A DNA stretch of 61,742 nt, the filler included, from Jimgerdemannia flammicorona (Eukaryota): assembly GCA_003990765.1 (NCBI GenBank). It is 3 parts of 3 records of this genome, joined end to end, with 100 filler letters (N's around TTAATTAATTAA, not from the genome) between each part and the next. Parts side by side here need not be neighbours in the genome. Positions count along the whole stretch, not along the records: positions 20,617 to 41,130 come from RBNJ01001664.1; positions 41,231 to 61,742 come from RBNJ01001665.1; 1 more part is not named here. The stretch is one strand, 5' to 3'. A program made the position numbers and the translations under genes. The notes under the pieces are model-generated. The model was given only the letters and a program-made list of their open reading frames with translations. It made no database searches and had not been told where the DNA came from. Below, one piece after another: positions 35,351 through 48,700 of the stretch (position 1 is the first letter of the stretch; each line of letters starts with the position of its first letter).

Positions 35351-38300
35351 TTGGAGACTTCTTTTGCTCGAACCATTCGGAGAGAGCTAAGCCACACAGA
35401 CATCTTTCAGCGAAAGACAACACATTTTCAAGTTTTTATTTCGAGCATACTGGTATACATCGTGTGGCAGGAGTCTACCTATAATGCACAACAAGTTTCA
35501 AGAAAAATGGATGAGTTTTGGCAACATGGCTAGTCAAGATTCCTCTAGCTCTGAGTGTCTGGAGAGGAGGAGGCCTGGTCTGGGTATTCCCAAGAGCTTT
35601 GCGGCTGCTGCTGGGGCTGGTGTGGCTGCAGGGAGGGCTGGTGGACAGAGGAGGACTGGTGGGACTGAGGCCTGGCATACGGTGGTTGGGAATAGGAGGG
35701 CTGCTGTTAGGCCCATGGGGGTTGGACAGAGGGGGCATAGTGTTGACAGGGGGAGGAGTCAGGTGATGAGTCAGATGATGGGTCAGGTGGCCGGCAGGGG
35801 ACAGGGGTCTGGTAGTGGGATGCTGGGGACTAGTTCTTCTGTGGCTAGGTAGGTGGCTGGGGAGAGGACTGCTGGTGGCACAGCTGGGCTTGGTGGGACA
35901 ACTACAGGTATTTCAGGGGCCAAAGGGAAGGTGACTCTGGTAGCTGGGACAGGTGAGTTGGTGGTGAGGCCCTTCTTTCACAAATCGGTGTTGATATGGG
36001 CAGTCTCAGCGAACTTGCTGGGATTGGTGATGTCAGTGAGGGAGGTTCTGAGGTTAGTGGGAGAGGAAGTGGCTGGAGCAGAATCTCTGAAGTTCATCCC
36101 TTTGGCAGAGGCTGTGGAGATTGGATTTGTGGAGGAGGATGTGATGGTGAAGGCACTGGAGAAAGGGATGATGGTCAAGAGTATCCAGATCGGGATGGCG
36201 AGGTGTCTGAGGTGGGATCCACATGCTGTTCGACTGGTGGTGGAAGGTTTGCCAACCCTGGGCAGACAGGAGACCAAGGAGATGGTAGTAGAGGCACTAG
36301 GTGGATATGGTGAGATGGTGGACTTCGGGTTCATGTTCTGAGAGGGCACCAAATTGAGGAATGGCAACTGCAAGGTGATGCTGCAACTGGAAGGCAAGGA
36401 GGCTACTGGGCTGGGCCACGATTGACCTGAGGGAATTAGAATTGGGGGGCAGGAGTGCAAGGTCTGGAGGAGGAAGGGAGCCGAACAGGAGGAGGAAGAG
36501 TTGGTGATTGCTCTGGAGGAGAGAGAGGCTGCCAAGAAGCTGTGAAAGAGGAAGTGGGAGGAGTATGCCAAGGATTGGGTCTGGATCGAGGCTGATGGCA
36601 AGTGGAAGCAGTGGAGGAAAGGGAACTGGGAGCATCTGCAGGCAGCCCTTCAAGGGGCAGCAGTGGAAGAGGAGGCAAGGGTAGAGGCAGCCAAGAATCA
36701 GATGGAGGGTGTGGAGGCGGTGGAGGTGTCTTTCTCCCAGCTGGGTGGTGTTGAGAACTCGGCACATGCACTAGTGAAGAGAAAGTAGGCGGACAAGGAG
36801 GAGGTTGGTGAAGGAGGCTTTGAGGTTGATGATGAAGTGGTACTGGAGACTCAGGTAGAGGATATTTATATAGCAGGGGCAGCAAATGTCCATTGGGAGT
36901 GCCCAGAAGCTGGTGAGGTTATTCACTTGGAGAAAGTTGCCGAGGAGGATGAGCTGGTGGATGTGGCTTCAGATGTGTTGGCAGACAGAGAGCAACTACA
37001 GGAGCTGAGCAGGACCCTGAGGCCATCGACTCCTGGGCCCCTGGTGATGATGGTGGAGAGCTGGTATCAGGCAGTTCTTGAGGAGCTGGTGGAGGAAGAC
37101 ATCAAGGAAGTGGATGTGTTTCATGGATCTCAGGAGGCATGGGAAGGATTCCTCAATGTAGCAATGCAAGGGCCTAAGCTGGTGATGGCGATGGTAGCTG
37201 CCCTGCTGGATGATGAAGGATATGATGTTGACAAGAGCAGGATGGCTGATATCAGGAAGGTGGTGACAGAGAGAGTGGACCTTTTCTGCAGCAGTACTAA
37301 TGGTGATCGAATCTGGAAGGCAATTTGTGAAGACCAGTGAAAGATTGTTAGAGGAAGGGCTGAGAAAGTGGTGGTGGTCCCTGCTGAGCTTTAAACAATT
37401 TCCTTAATGATGATGAACAACCTATGTATTTTGTCGATCAATGTCAATGAATTGCAGGATGGTGTTAAAAGGCGGTAGCTTTTCAGATAGCTTAAAGTCA
37501 GGAGGTATAATGTTGTGTTTCTTCAGGATATTCGGGCTTATGGCGAGTCAGACTTTTGAGATGTGGAGTAAAGAATAGTATGGTGGAGCAGGTTGGAATA
37601 AGCAGGTGGGCATCTTGGTTGGTGTGGGCAAAGGCGAGCTAGTGGAGGTAGAGGCCTATAGTGACAGATTAATTTGGGGAAAACTAAAAGGTGGGGCTGG
37701 TGATGGTTTGACAGTTGGCTCAGTTTACCTCCCTGCAGTTGATAGAGAGTGAAAGCAATGGGTTGAGAGATGGCTGGCATGGGATGGTTGGGAGGTAGTT
37801 GCTTTGGACATTCTGGGGGGGGACTTTAACATGGTGCATGATCATGCACTAGATAGGTCTGATAGTAGGGCAGGAGTCGCAGTATCCTCTGGACTTTCTC
37901 AGTGGCTTCAGGTGGAGCATGATATGGGTTTGGTGGATGGAGTTCATCAATGACAGGGGGATAAGTTGGGACCTTTTACCCAGTGGCATTCAGTTGGAAC
38001 AACATTGGTTGGGACATGAATAGATTGGGTACTAGTGGTGGAGTGCTGGGGCAATATACTGGACACTGCGGAGGTGCACTGGTGCCCTTGGTCTGATCAC
38101 TGGGGAGTGGAGATTTGTGGTAGATTTCAAGCAGTGAGCAGTGGTGGAGGGTGCTGGCACCTCAATGTAGCCTTACTCAAGAGGAAGAAGGAGAGGGACA
38201 ATTTTGTGACAGTTGTGAGACAGGAAGTTTTGCAATAGCAGAATGAAGGGCAGTTGATAGCAGAATGGTGGGATAAACTCAAACATTTGGCTGGTGCTTA

Positions 38301-41130
38301 CTGGTGGGATGTTGGAGAAGTAGCTGGGAAGGAACAGAAGGACAAGGAAAGGAGAGTTGAAAAGGGGCTGAGATGGCGATTGAAGCTTTTGGAAAAGGGG
38401 AACTTGTCTGGAGAGGTGCACTGCCAGTTGGTGTTAGATGTGGTGGAGCTGCAGGCAGACCTAAGGGTGTCAGAGACTAGAGTAGTGGATGGCCTGCTGG
38501 CAAGGCTGCGAGCTAGATGGTTGGAAGAAGGTGAGAGGCTGATGAGATATCTGACTGGTGTTCTGAAGGCTAGGCAAGTGCGACACAGTTGGGCTACAGT
38601 ATTGCATGAGGATGGGGTAGAGGTCTCTGAAATTGCTGATATGCTTGGAGAGATATCAGGTCAATAGTAAGCTCTTTGGCAGAATGGTGAGGAGCATGCT
38701 AAGGAGGCTGGGCTTGGGGAGGATAATGATAATATGGTGACCAATTGGCCAGTAACAGTGATACCTGAGATAGGGGAGGCAGTCATGGGGGAGGTATCTC
38801 TAGATGAAGTATTGGAAGTACTGAGGAAGATGTAGACTGGTTCATCTCCTGGAGAGGATGGGTTGCTCTGGGAATTCTGGAAGGAGTTCAAGGCCGAGTT
38901 TGGTAACTAGTTGGTAGAGATAGCCAATGCTGTTTTGAAGGAGGGTAGCTGGATTGGCAATGGTTCCTTGGGACTAGTTTCTCTACTATACAAGGAAAAG
39001 AGAGATCGATGAGTGTGGTGCAACTGGTGATCTATCATGCTGCTGAATGTGAATAGAAAGTTGGTATCAAAGATTCTGGCTGGGAGAATGCAGTAATATA
39101 TTAGTGCACTAGTTGATGAAGAGTAGCGAGGCTTTGTCAAGGGGAGGCAGATCAGAGATAGTACTGCTTGGGTGCAGAATGTTTTGGAGAGCTATAGGAG
39201 CTGACAGGTAGATGACCAGATGGTTTTTCTGGATCAAGAGAAGGCCTATGACAGAGTGCAGTGGAGCTACCTGGAGGCTGTTCTGAGGAAAGCAGGGTTT
39301 GGTGCAGCAGAGGCAGGGCGATTGATGGGCTTGGTATGAGGATGCCGAGCTGCAGTGATGATAAATAGATGGTGTGGACAAGAGTTTGCCTTGGGGCGAG
39401 GGGTACCACAGGAGGATCCTCTCTCCTCCCTTCTTTATATACTCTCTCTAGAACCTTTATTGGTGTAGTTGAAGGGGCGACTCTCTGGACTACAGATGGG
39501 AGAAGTGGTCTGGAAGTTGGGTGCCTTTGCGGATGATATGGTGGTAGGGTTGAGCAGTCGGGAGGATGTAGTAGCCCTACAAGAAGGGGTGGGTCAGTAT
39601 GAGAGGCTGGCAGGGGCGAAGTTGAACTGGGGCAAGTGTGAGATGATGGAACTTAGTGCTGGCCTGGGGGGACATGGACAATTCGGACAATTGGTAACCA
39701 CAGGGAGTGCTGTTCGGTATCTGGGTATCTGGTTCTCGGTGTATGGGACAGTTCTGCTGAAGGAGTGGTGGTGTGGATTGATTCAGAGACTGGAAGGTGC
39801 ATTGATGGGTTGGTCAGGAAGGAGCTTCTCTTTGGTTGGCAGGATAGTGGTTTTGAATGTATTTGGCTGGTATCTGAGTTATCATCTGGATTTTCCAGGG
39901 TGGGTGGTGCAGCAGTTGAAGAAGATTGTTGAAGGGTAGATATGGCATAGAAGGCATCCATAGATTGGATGGGAGACTTTGGTGATGAGGACTTCTGATG
40001 GTGGCCTGGGGCTGAGGACTTCAGGCGCTGACTGAAGGTACTGTGGAGTTGGTGGGGGCACTGACTGATGGAACTTGGTGAGGAAGGTTGGGGCAGGCTG
40101 GCCATGGACAATTGGGAGGTTCAGTTCTGCTCTCATGGTGAAGTCTGGAAGGATATGTAGGGCTTGCTTCAGGTTGGGAGTGTAGGTAGGCTGCATTTCA
40201 AGGGGTTCTGGTAGGGTATTGTAGAGGCCTGGCTGGCCATAGGGTTGGCAGGCCCAGAGATAGAGGTGGGGGTAGACCCTGAGCAGTGATGGTGGTGACT
40301 GGGTGACCTGCATGTGGGTGGCCACAGTCTGAAGGAGTACTCCCTGATTGAGGCGATGGAGTGGATCAGGTCTGGACCTCTGGAGAGATGGCCCCCTGGT
40401 TGGCAGAGAGCTGGTATTAGTGAGGACTGGGAGTGGGTTCGAATTTGGAATTGGGGAACCTCGGTACACAAGATGGTGCCCCCCAAATACTGGGTGGTTT
40501 GATGGTGGTTCTTGAGACATAATGTGATGCTGAGCTATTGGACAGGCTGGATGGAGGTGGATGGCTGTCGAGACTGTGAGTGGTGTAATGAGGTGGATGG
40601 CAGGGTTGTTCAGATACTGGAACATGTTCTGGGGGCCTGTCCAGGCATAAAAGGGTTTTGGTGGAGTCTGGAAGATTACTGGGACCCAGTGAGGCATAGG
40701 GCAGAGGATCTGACCAGTCTGGTGGTCAAGCACTAGCTGGTAGGGGAAATTGGTGATATATGGGGAGGTTTAGGTCGAATTTTGGGGGTCTGGGTCTTGA
40801 TGGCAGTGCATTGGTGGTGGGTTTTTGAACAGGACCCATGGATGGGGATTGGAGAGATGGTGGGGTGGTGGAGGTAGCTAATACAGGAGGTGGTTCAGGG
40901 GTGGTGGTATCAGGGGAGGCAACTTCAGCCAGGGGCCTTAAAAAAGGTACAGGACATTGTACTGCAGAGTCAAGGGTTTCTGGTATTAGATGATAGTGGG
41001 GTGAGATGGAAGGAAGGAGTTGGCTGAAGGACTCTACTGCTGTATATGTTATAGGATTAGTAGTGATTTGTGGTTCTCCATTATTATATTAGATAGTTGT
41101 AATAAAGGAGTCCAAGAGACTATAAAAAAA
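35351..41130 (+). mobile_element. Full-length LINE family B copy 2, decayed
   Basis: Colinear inverted match to 26184-31969; FADD at ~39526; ends gagtccaagagactat(A)n. Confidence 0.95.
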
Positions 41131-41230
41131 NNNNNNNNNNNNNNNNNNNNNNNNNNNNNNNNNNNNNNNNNNNNTTAATTAATTAANNNNNNNNNNNNNN
41201 NNNNNNNNNNNNNNNNNNNNNNNNNNNNNN
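41131..41230. other. Artificial contig linker
   Basis: N44-TTAATTAATTAA-N44. Confidence 0.97.
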
Positions 41231-41700
41231 CCCCACTCTCCCCCCACTTTGTCCACAGATTTTCTCCACCAAGCGGTGCCTCCGACCACCCCGCATTCCC
41301 CACCCCAGCCACCAGCCGGTTAAGGTATCTTCCATAAGCCTATGCCATCGCAGCAGCCAGTCCCCCAAGCCCTGCCTCCTCCCATCCTCAAAAACAAACA
41401 GCCAATGACTGGCCAACCCCACCCAAATTGCCAAAGCCCAACCTAAAGTAAGCCACTCCTTCCCTACCCCCCCTACCAATCTAACCTGCAAGTCCTCCCA
41501 TCGCCCCTGTACTTCATCACTCCTACCCCGTACCCCTAAGCGATCCCCAATTGTCTGCCAAAAATCCCCCAACACCTCACACTCTCCTAGCCAATGTTCT
41601 GGCGTCTGTATATAACCCCCCTCCTGCCCTACATTATGGCACTCCTCACAGTCGAAGCAACCCCCTACAACCAGGTATTGATCTTTTTCTCACTTATGTA
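41231..41700 (-). mobile_element. LINE ORF2 C-terminal fragment
   Basis: Trp-rich ORF 41183-41575, preceded by a CxxC..EHWLGEC motif similar to the family B C-terminus. Confidence 0.7.
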
Positions 41701-42759
41701 TGCCCATTCATCTCAAATAATATATCCACTTATCTATTTTATCTCATTTGTCTTGTCTCATTCATGTTGTCCTCTCCAGGGAATAAAATCTCTTTAATTC
41801 TAATAATTAGCCAAATATATTATATATATTCTATCAATAAAATCATAAAAATGCTATGAAATTTATTTTAATCTAGAAGCATTGCATCACACAATTTGAA
41901 TGGAATAATCAATAATTTCCACACAGAACCAATTTTGAATCTTTTGGCCAAGCAGATGCTTTATATAAAAAGTAACCTTTTTATGTATATATATTTCTCT
42001 CTTATTCTTCAGAACCCAAACTGAGGTCTCATCTATATCATTGAGAATATTGAAATAGTCTGTTATAGTTTCCTTTAAAGATTTGTAACCAAACTCAAAA
42101 TCTTTCATAAATTTCATAAGGGCATATACTATTCTTAGTGGTTTTAATTAATACTTGATAAAAAAAAAAAATACAACTATCTTGAGTAAAACTAAATTTA
42201 AATAAATAGAAATATATATATAATTAGATTATTTTATAAATATAAATAATTAAACAAATATATATTAAATAAAACCAACCTTTTGACACTATCAATAAAA
42301 GATTGATATAAATGCAAAAGCTAATCTTTGATCTTGTAAATCTTAAAAAATACCAGTGTACTATATACAAGTAAAATAATATTGATATTATTGAATTCAG
42401 ATAGTTTAAAAAGTGCTTTCAAAAAATATTAATAGAATAAAATATATTTAAAAATAAAATCAAAATCTAATAATATATATATATATATATATATATAACT
42501 TACATCTTACTATGTAAGAGATCAGGCACCTTTATTTACATCATATTCAAACCAAAGCTCACCTTCTTCATTAGTATGAGTCTTTAAAATTAACCACTTT
42601 TGAGATCCTGAACACTATCTAAAAATAATTAAAATAAAAATATATTGATAACTTTAAACATTTTAAATAATTTATTATTTATAATATTTATTACTTATTT
42701 ATTATTAATATTCTTAATATATTTCTGAAGAGAATCTCTATCTTAAAATATATATATAT

Positions 42760-45700
42760 TGTAATAGTGATCTCAGAATGATGATATCAGCACAAGAGAT
42801 AGCAATTCTCTATAAGCCACCAGATCAGAGCATAAGAAGATTATACAGCATGACTCACTCAGACTATGAGATAAGTAATGATGACCAACTGTGAGTTATT
42901 GTGACCATAGTACAGGCATCATTAGAATATAAAAGAAGGATCAAGGAACTGCAGTAGCAGCAACTCAACAAGACCCACCAATCCCAAAATAGCTCAAAGA
43001 TTTACCATAAATAAAATATCTACTGCTTGCCAAATCTCAAGGTCAAGGAATCACCAAGGTACCTCAGTCAAAGAAAGGATGTTCTAAGACATCAGAAGAG
43101 CCATGAGGACCTGCATAAGAAGGACTCTTAGCCTTGACCTAGGTACTGGAGATTCTTATCACTTTATTCTCTACTGCTATAAAATGGAAACAAGGATCAC
43201 CATTACTACCAAATGCCTCCAAATGTGGCAGGAGTACAAAATAGGAAATCTTCTCTATCAGGAGTTTCTACAGACCAGCCTCCAAGAGTTATAAAATGCC
43301 ACTCCCATAGATATACATGAAGTAAGGATAGCTAAGAAGATTCATCAGATCTTCAGACATATACCATGGTTGATCTCCAACTTAGAGTATATTAGAGTCT
43401 CAGATTTCAGAGATCTGTCAGCCTGCTATATCAATGCACTAGAAGCCAGGGTAGCTATAGAAGCCCAGTCCACTATCATCATCAATAGTGATGAAATAGA
43501 AGACTTCTGGCATCCCATCCTCCAGGACAATCCAGATCAATTTCTGTAAGGATTGATCTCAGTATTTCAAGGTCCAAGCATCCAGGTTAGACCTCCCCAA
43601 GACCCTACATTTGTTCCTTATTTTGTGGAAGAGAATGTCATAGATTGGAGAGCCCTCACCAAACATGATGATGTCATTGGTAATGACATCATTCCACACA
43701 ACATACACGAAACAAGCAACCTATACAACAAGACTGAAATGTTTGCAGATCTCATCTTCTTCAGCAATGATGAGGATGAAGCCCTCATAGTCCTGAACAT
43801 TCTGCTCTAAAGTCCCTTGGTTATACTGAATTATGCCAGCATTCTTTTCCTGTATAACAGCTGTTTTTCTACTGGCATTCTGATCTTATATGACTCAGAA
43901 TTATTCCAGCACCCTTCTCCTATATCACTGAAATTATATCAGTATCCTGAACCTGACAACCATCTATACTGACACTGAAACTTGGTAGTTTTCTATATCC
44001 CAACATTTTATTTAGTTATTAGAATTTATATTTAGCTTTATATCTTAGCAACCATTGAATTATATTTTATATAAATACCCCTTTTATTTCCTTTGAAATA
44101 AAGTCAGTTCCTCTTAGTACAATACACACAATTCCTTGCAAGCAATCTAAAGAGATAATAAGACAGTTTAAAGATAAGAAGTTTGAGAACTATAAGACCT
44201 TAGAAAGGCACGTAAATAAGAACTTGCTTATAACAAACTTGAGTTAGTCTAAGAGATACACTTTGAAGAGAATCTGATATATTTGAAGGACTCAGCAACA
44301 ACTACATGACAACTTGGTGCCCATTGGCTGGTGATTCAAGATGAATCCCTCACTTTCAAGCTGAAAAACAAACAACTACCTCAATAACTACTCTGACTAT
44401 AAGAGTCACTCCTGCAAGAATTCAAGATAAGATAGAAATATGTTCCCCCACATTTTATAGATATACTACTGAAGAGTCAATCCTGACCTTCATTGAAGAC
44501 TTTGAACAATTTGCTGCTGTATGAGCTCTTAGTGTGGATGCACAATTAGTCCTTCTACTAGTCAGCCTCAGAGGACCTGCCAGAGACAAGTTCAATACAG
44601 CTACCATTGCTGGTAATGGTGCAGCCAAACTTGCCAACATGAAGGCCTTTCTCAGAACAATATACTATACTGAAGAGATCAAGCAAGCTCTCAAGGATCA
44701 ACTCAATACTATCTGCCAGAGACTTAGTGAAGATCCCAACTCATTCTATATCTGAATCTGCCACCAGATTGTCTTAGCTGGCTATGATGATATCCTCAAG
44801 AAACAAATAGTGGATTCAACCTTTCTCAAAGGAGTTCACTCTGAAATTGCCCTAGCAATTCAGTCTACCTCAGCTATACTGACCCTTAGCAATCCAGTCT
44901 ACCTCAGCTATACTGACCCTTGATCAGAAAGTGGTCTTTATACAGAGATATTAGACTGCCAGACACTCTACCGAACACTCAATAGAGAAAATAACTGGTA
45001 TCAAGATAGAGCCATCAAAGCCAACCAGCATCATATCTACTATAGTTATAAATAGACAACTATCTCTACCTACCTCCAAGACAGCCAAAGCTGATCCAGT
45101 GGAGGAACTCACCAAGTAGTTTTCTGAGATAACTGCACATCTTAGTGATGTTGTTAGAGAAGTCCAAAGCACCAACAGGAGACCAGTACAGAGATTTGCA
45201 GTTGCTATAGAAGAACATAATATCACATACTTCAGATGTGGAGAAGAAGGCCACTATGCAAAGAGTTGTATAACTGAAACAAGACATAAGGCCCAACCAA
45301 GCAATGCTACCAGAACTAGAGAACAAGTCAATGCAGTAGTCATTGAGGAGATTGGTGATACTGATGATGAAGAATACTATAAGGAGTTCAAATTCTACCC
45401 TGTTACTGAAGGTACCAGAACCCAGTCCAAGCCCTATAACAAGAAGGGCAATAGTAAGCCAGTGAAGACCAAAGAAGACCCCAGCTATCACTATTCAAAG
45501 CAAGATCCAATCCAAGAAGATTGACCAAGACATGGAGTTAGATGAAGCTGCCTACCAAAATATTGAAGATACTACTTCAGTCTTAGAAGAAAGCAAGAAA
45601 GAACAGAAGCTGCACAAGACCAAGATCCACCAGTATGATATCTACAAGGATCTCAAGGAACAGAAGGTCAATACTACTTTTGGACAACTAACTGAAGTCT

Positions 45701-48700
45701 CTGTCTTTAGACAGCAGTTGAGAGTAAAACTTGTAACCACTATCAAGAACTAAGAGTACAAGATCATAGAAGCTCACAATGTACAAGAAGAACAAGAAGA
45801 CTTAGGTAAAGAATCTGAAGACTAGTGCAAGACATCAGCCTATACCCCATATCAGATTGAAGATTGTATCTTTGATGCCATCATTGATACTAGTGCTGGA
45901 GGATGCTTCATAAACAAGAAGGTAATTGACTGCCTAGGCTGGGATATTGAAGAGTCCACCAAAATGGTCTATGTTACAGCAGATGGTACACAAGCTATCC
46001 CTCTAGGTAAGATATGAGAAGTCTCTATTAAGATAGAAGAAGCTATTATCTCAGTAGATATAATTATTACAAGCACTACTAACTATGATATCCTTATTGG
46101 CAACCAATGGCTTCATAAGGCCAAGACTGTCATTGATCTCAATGCCCAGAAGATGTATATCAACTATAGAGGAAGAAAGATACAAGTCTCTATCAATGTC
46201 CACAAAGGAGTACTACCAGACATGGAGGAAGAAGATGAAGAGAATACAGAAGTCTTCATACACTCAGTGTACAAGAATAAGAACAAGACACCTAAGCTCA
46301 TAGATGAGCAGTAGTACAACAAGATCATCGATGACTATGTCCCTCAAGGAAGATGCCCCCATGGTACTAGGATATGCTGTATCATATGCCCGAATGACTG
46401 CTGGTCCTGTATCAGTAAAGTCAGGAAAATCCACCAACAAAAGCATGAGCAAGAAGCTGCTGAAGTAAAAAGGAAAGTCAAAGAAGATGACCAGCCTCCA
46501 TAGCTTCAAGCTGACAGCAATGATGAGGAGAAACAAGAACCAGACATTACTCTCAAGGTTAAGAAGTTTCACCCTTAAGCCAAGATCCCAGAATATAAGA
46601 CTGAAGGAGTCATAGGAATAGACCTTACTAGTATTCAAGATGCTATCCTCGAACCACAGACCACCACTCTACTTGGCACTAGAATTAGAGTCAAGTTGCC
46701 AGAGAACTATGCCAGAATCATTAAGACCAGGAGCAGTCTGGCCAAAAGTGAAATCTCAGTTGAAGGAGGAGTAATTGATCCTGATTACACCAGTGAGATC
46801 TTCTGCATAATTAGGAATCACAACCCCACCACTCCATTCAAAGTCAAGAAGTATAATAGGATTGGCCAGATGTTGATTCATAAAGTCAAGAAGCCCAAGA
46901 TCACTGAAGCCATTGAACTCATCAAAACTAAGAGAGGGAGAACAAGGCTTTGGATCTACTAGAAGAGAAGTCTATACTGCTACTAAGATTACTGAACTTG
47001 AGCACAAGAAAGACAAGGACCAGAACAAGCACACATATATCATTGGAGAAAACTTTTTCCTAGAAGAACAACTTCTCAAGATCCTGTATCAGAATGAATA
47101 AGTACTTGCTACAGACTTCAGGGACATCTACAATTAAAAACCCAAGTACTATCATGAAGTTGATACTGGCAATACCAAGCCTATCTACCAGAAAACCAGA
47201 CCTATACCACCTGCCTACAGAGAATGGCTGCAAGCAGAACTCAAGGAAATGGAAGAATCTGGAATCATTAAGCAAGCTATCAGCCCCTAGGCTTCACTCA
47301 TTATTCTTACCCCAAAGAAAGAAAGCAAGTCTGGAGAGTTTGCTCCAAGACTCTGTATTGATTACAAGAAGAAGGATAGGCAGCTCTTGCCAAATATTCA
47401 AGAAATCCTTACCACTCTTAGAAGTGAGCCAAATACTACACTACCTTAAATCTGTTCTCAGGCTTCCATCAGATTGGTCTCACTCAAGATGCCAGTGAGA
47501 AATCAGCCTTCATCACACCTGATGCCACCTATGTCTACCTGTGAATGCCATTTGGAATGTACAATACTCCAGCAAGTTTTCAGTAAATGATGAATAGAGT
47601 CTTCAGCAATAAGATTGGAAAATGGCTCTTTGTCTATGTTGACAATGTAATTATCTTCAGCAATACTGCATAGAAACATATCAACTATGTACATACAGCT
47701 AGCCCTCAAGAAGCTCAAGGAGCATGGTCTCTATATCAAGTCTAAGAAGTGTAAGTTTGCAGCTCAGAAAATCACCTATCTAGGATATCTTATCAACCAG
47801 ACTGGAATTCATACAGACCCTATGAAGATTGAGGCTATTGCTATCTACCCAAGACCCAGAACAACTACAGAAGTCCATGTCTTCCTTGGACTGGCCTCCT
47901 ACTATAAAAGATTCATCAAAAGATACTCTAACATCACAGCACCTATCTATGAGCTATTGAAGAAGGAGACTAAATTTGAATAGACTAAGAAACATCAAGA
48001 AACCTTCAATAAACTCAAGACCAGATTGACCCAAGCACCCATCCTCAGAAGACCAGATTGGAACCTAGAGTTCATTCTGCAGATAGATACAAGTACTATA
48101 GGACTTAGAGTAGTCCTAGCTCAGAAAAAAGATAGATATGAATATGTCATCTCCTATGCAAGCCAAGGTATCTATGGAGTAGAACAGAACTATGAGTCAT
48201 ACAAGCTTGAATGCTTAGCAGTAGTTTGAGCATTAGATAAGTTCCACTACTACTTAGTTAGGAAATACTTCACTATTCAAACAGATCATTCTGCTCTTAC
48301 CTGGCTATTATACTCTTTGAACCCCAAAGGAATATATGCCAGATAGATCTACAGGCTATAAGAGTATGACTGTACTGTCAAGCACTGCTCAGAAAGAACT
48401 AATGCCAATACTGATACACTCTCAAGAATACTCTGAAACACCCCTATCAGACTATTCAAAATGATTAAAGAGCTATACCATGGATTAATCAGCTATCTTG
48501 GGTAGCAGAAGATGCCCAACCACCTTGAACCCTGGACTATCACTATCATCAACCAGACTTAGAAACAATTTGAACTAGACAACACTATACTCAGAAAAAG
48601 AGGAAAGCTCATAATACTCAAACACAAGAAGTATTAAGTAATGAAGGAAGTACATGAACAAAGATACCTAGGAGGAACCAATATATATGACAAAGCAAGA

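Noticed and set aside
35340..35355. Two insertions near dUTPase motif 3 (3983 and 35350) as targeted disruption
   Set aside because: The sites, orientations and elements differ; two events in a TE-saturated region fit chance
41700..42759. Possible decayed spliced gene on the minus strand (ORF 41887-42117 and exon-like blocks)
   Set aside because: Too AT-rich and stop-ridden to build a model or name a family
44855..44921. ~30-bp tandem duplication in gag (tagcaatycagtctacctcagctatactgaccctt)
   Set aside because: Ordinary local duplication in a dead element
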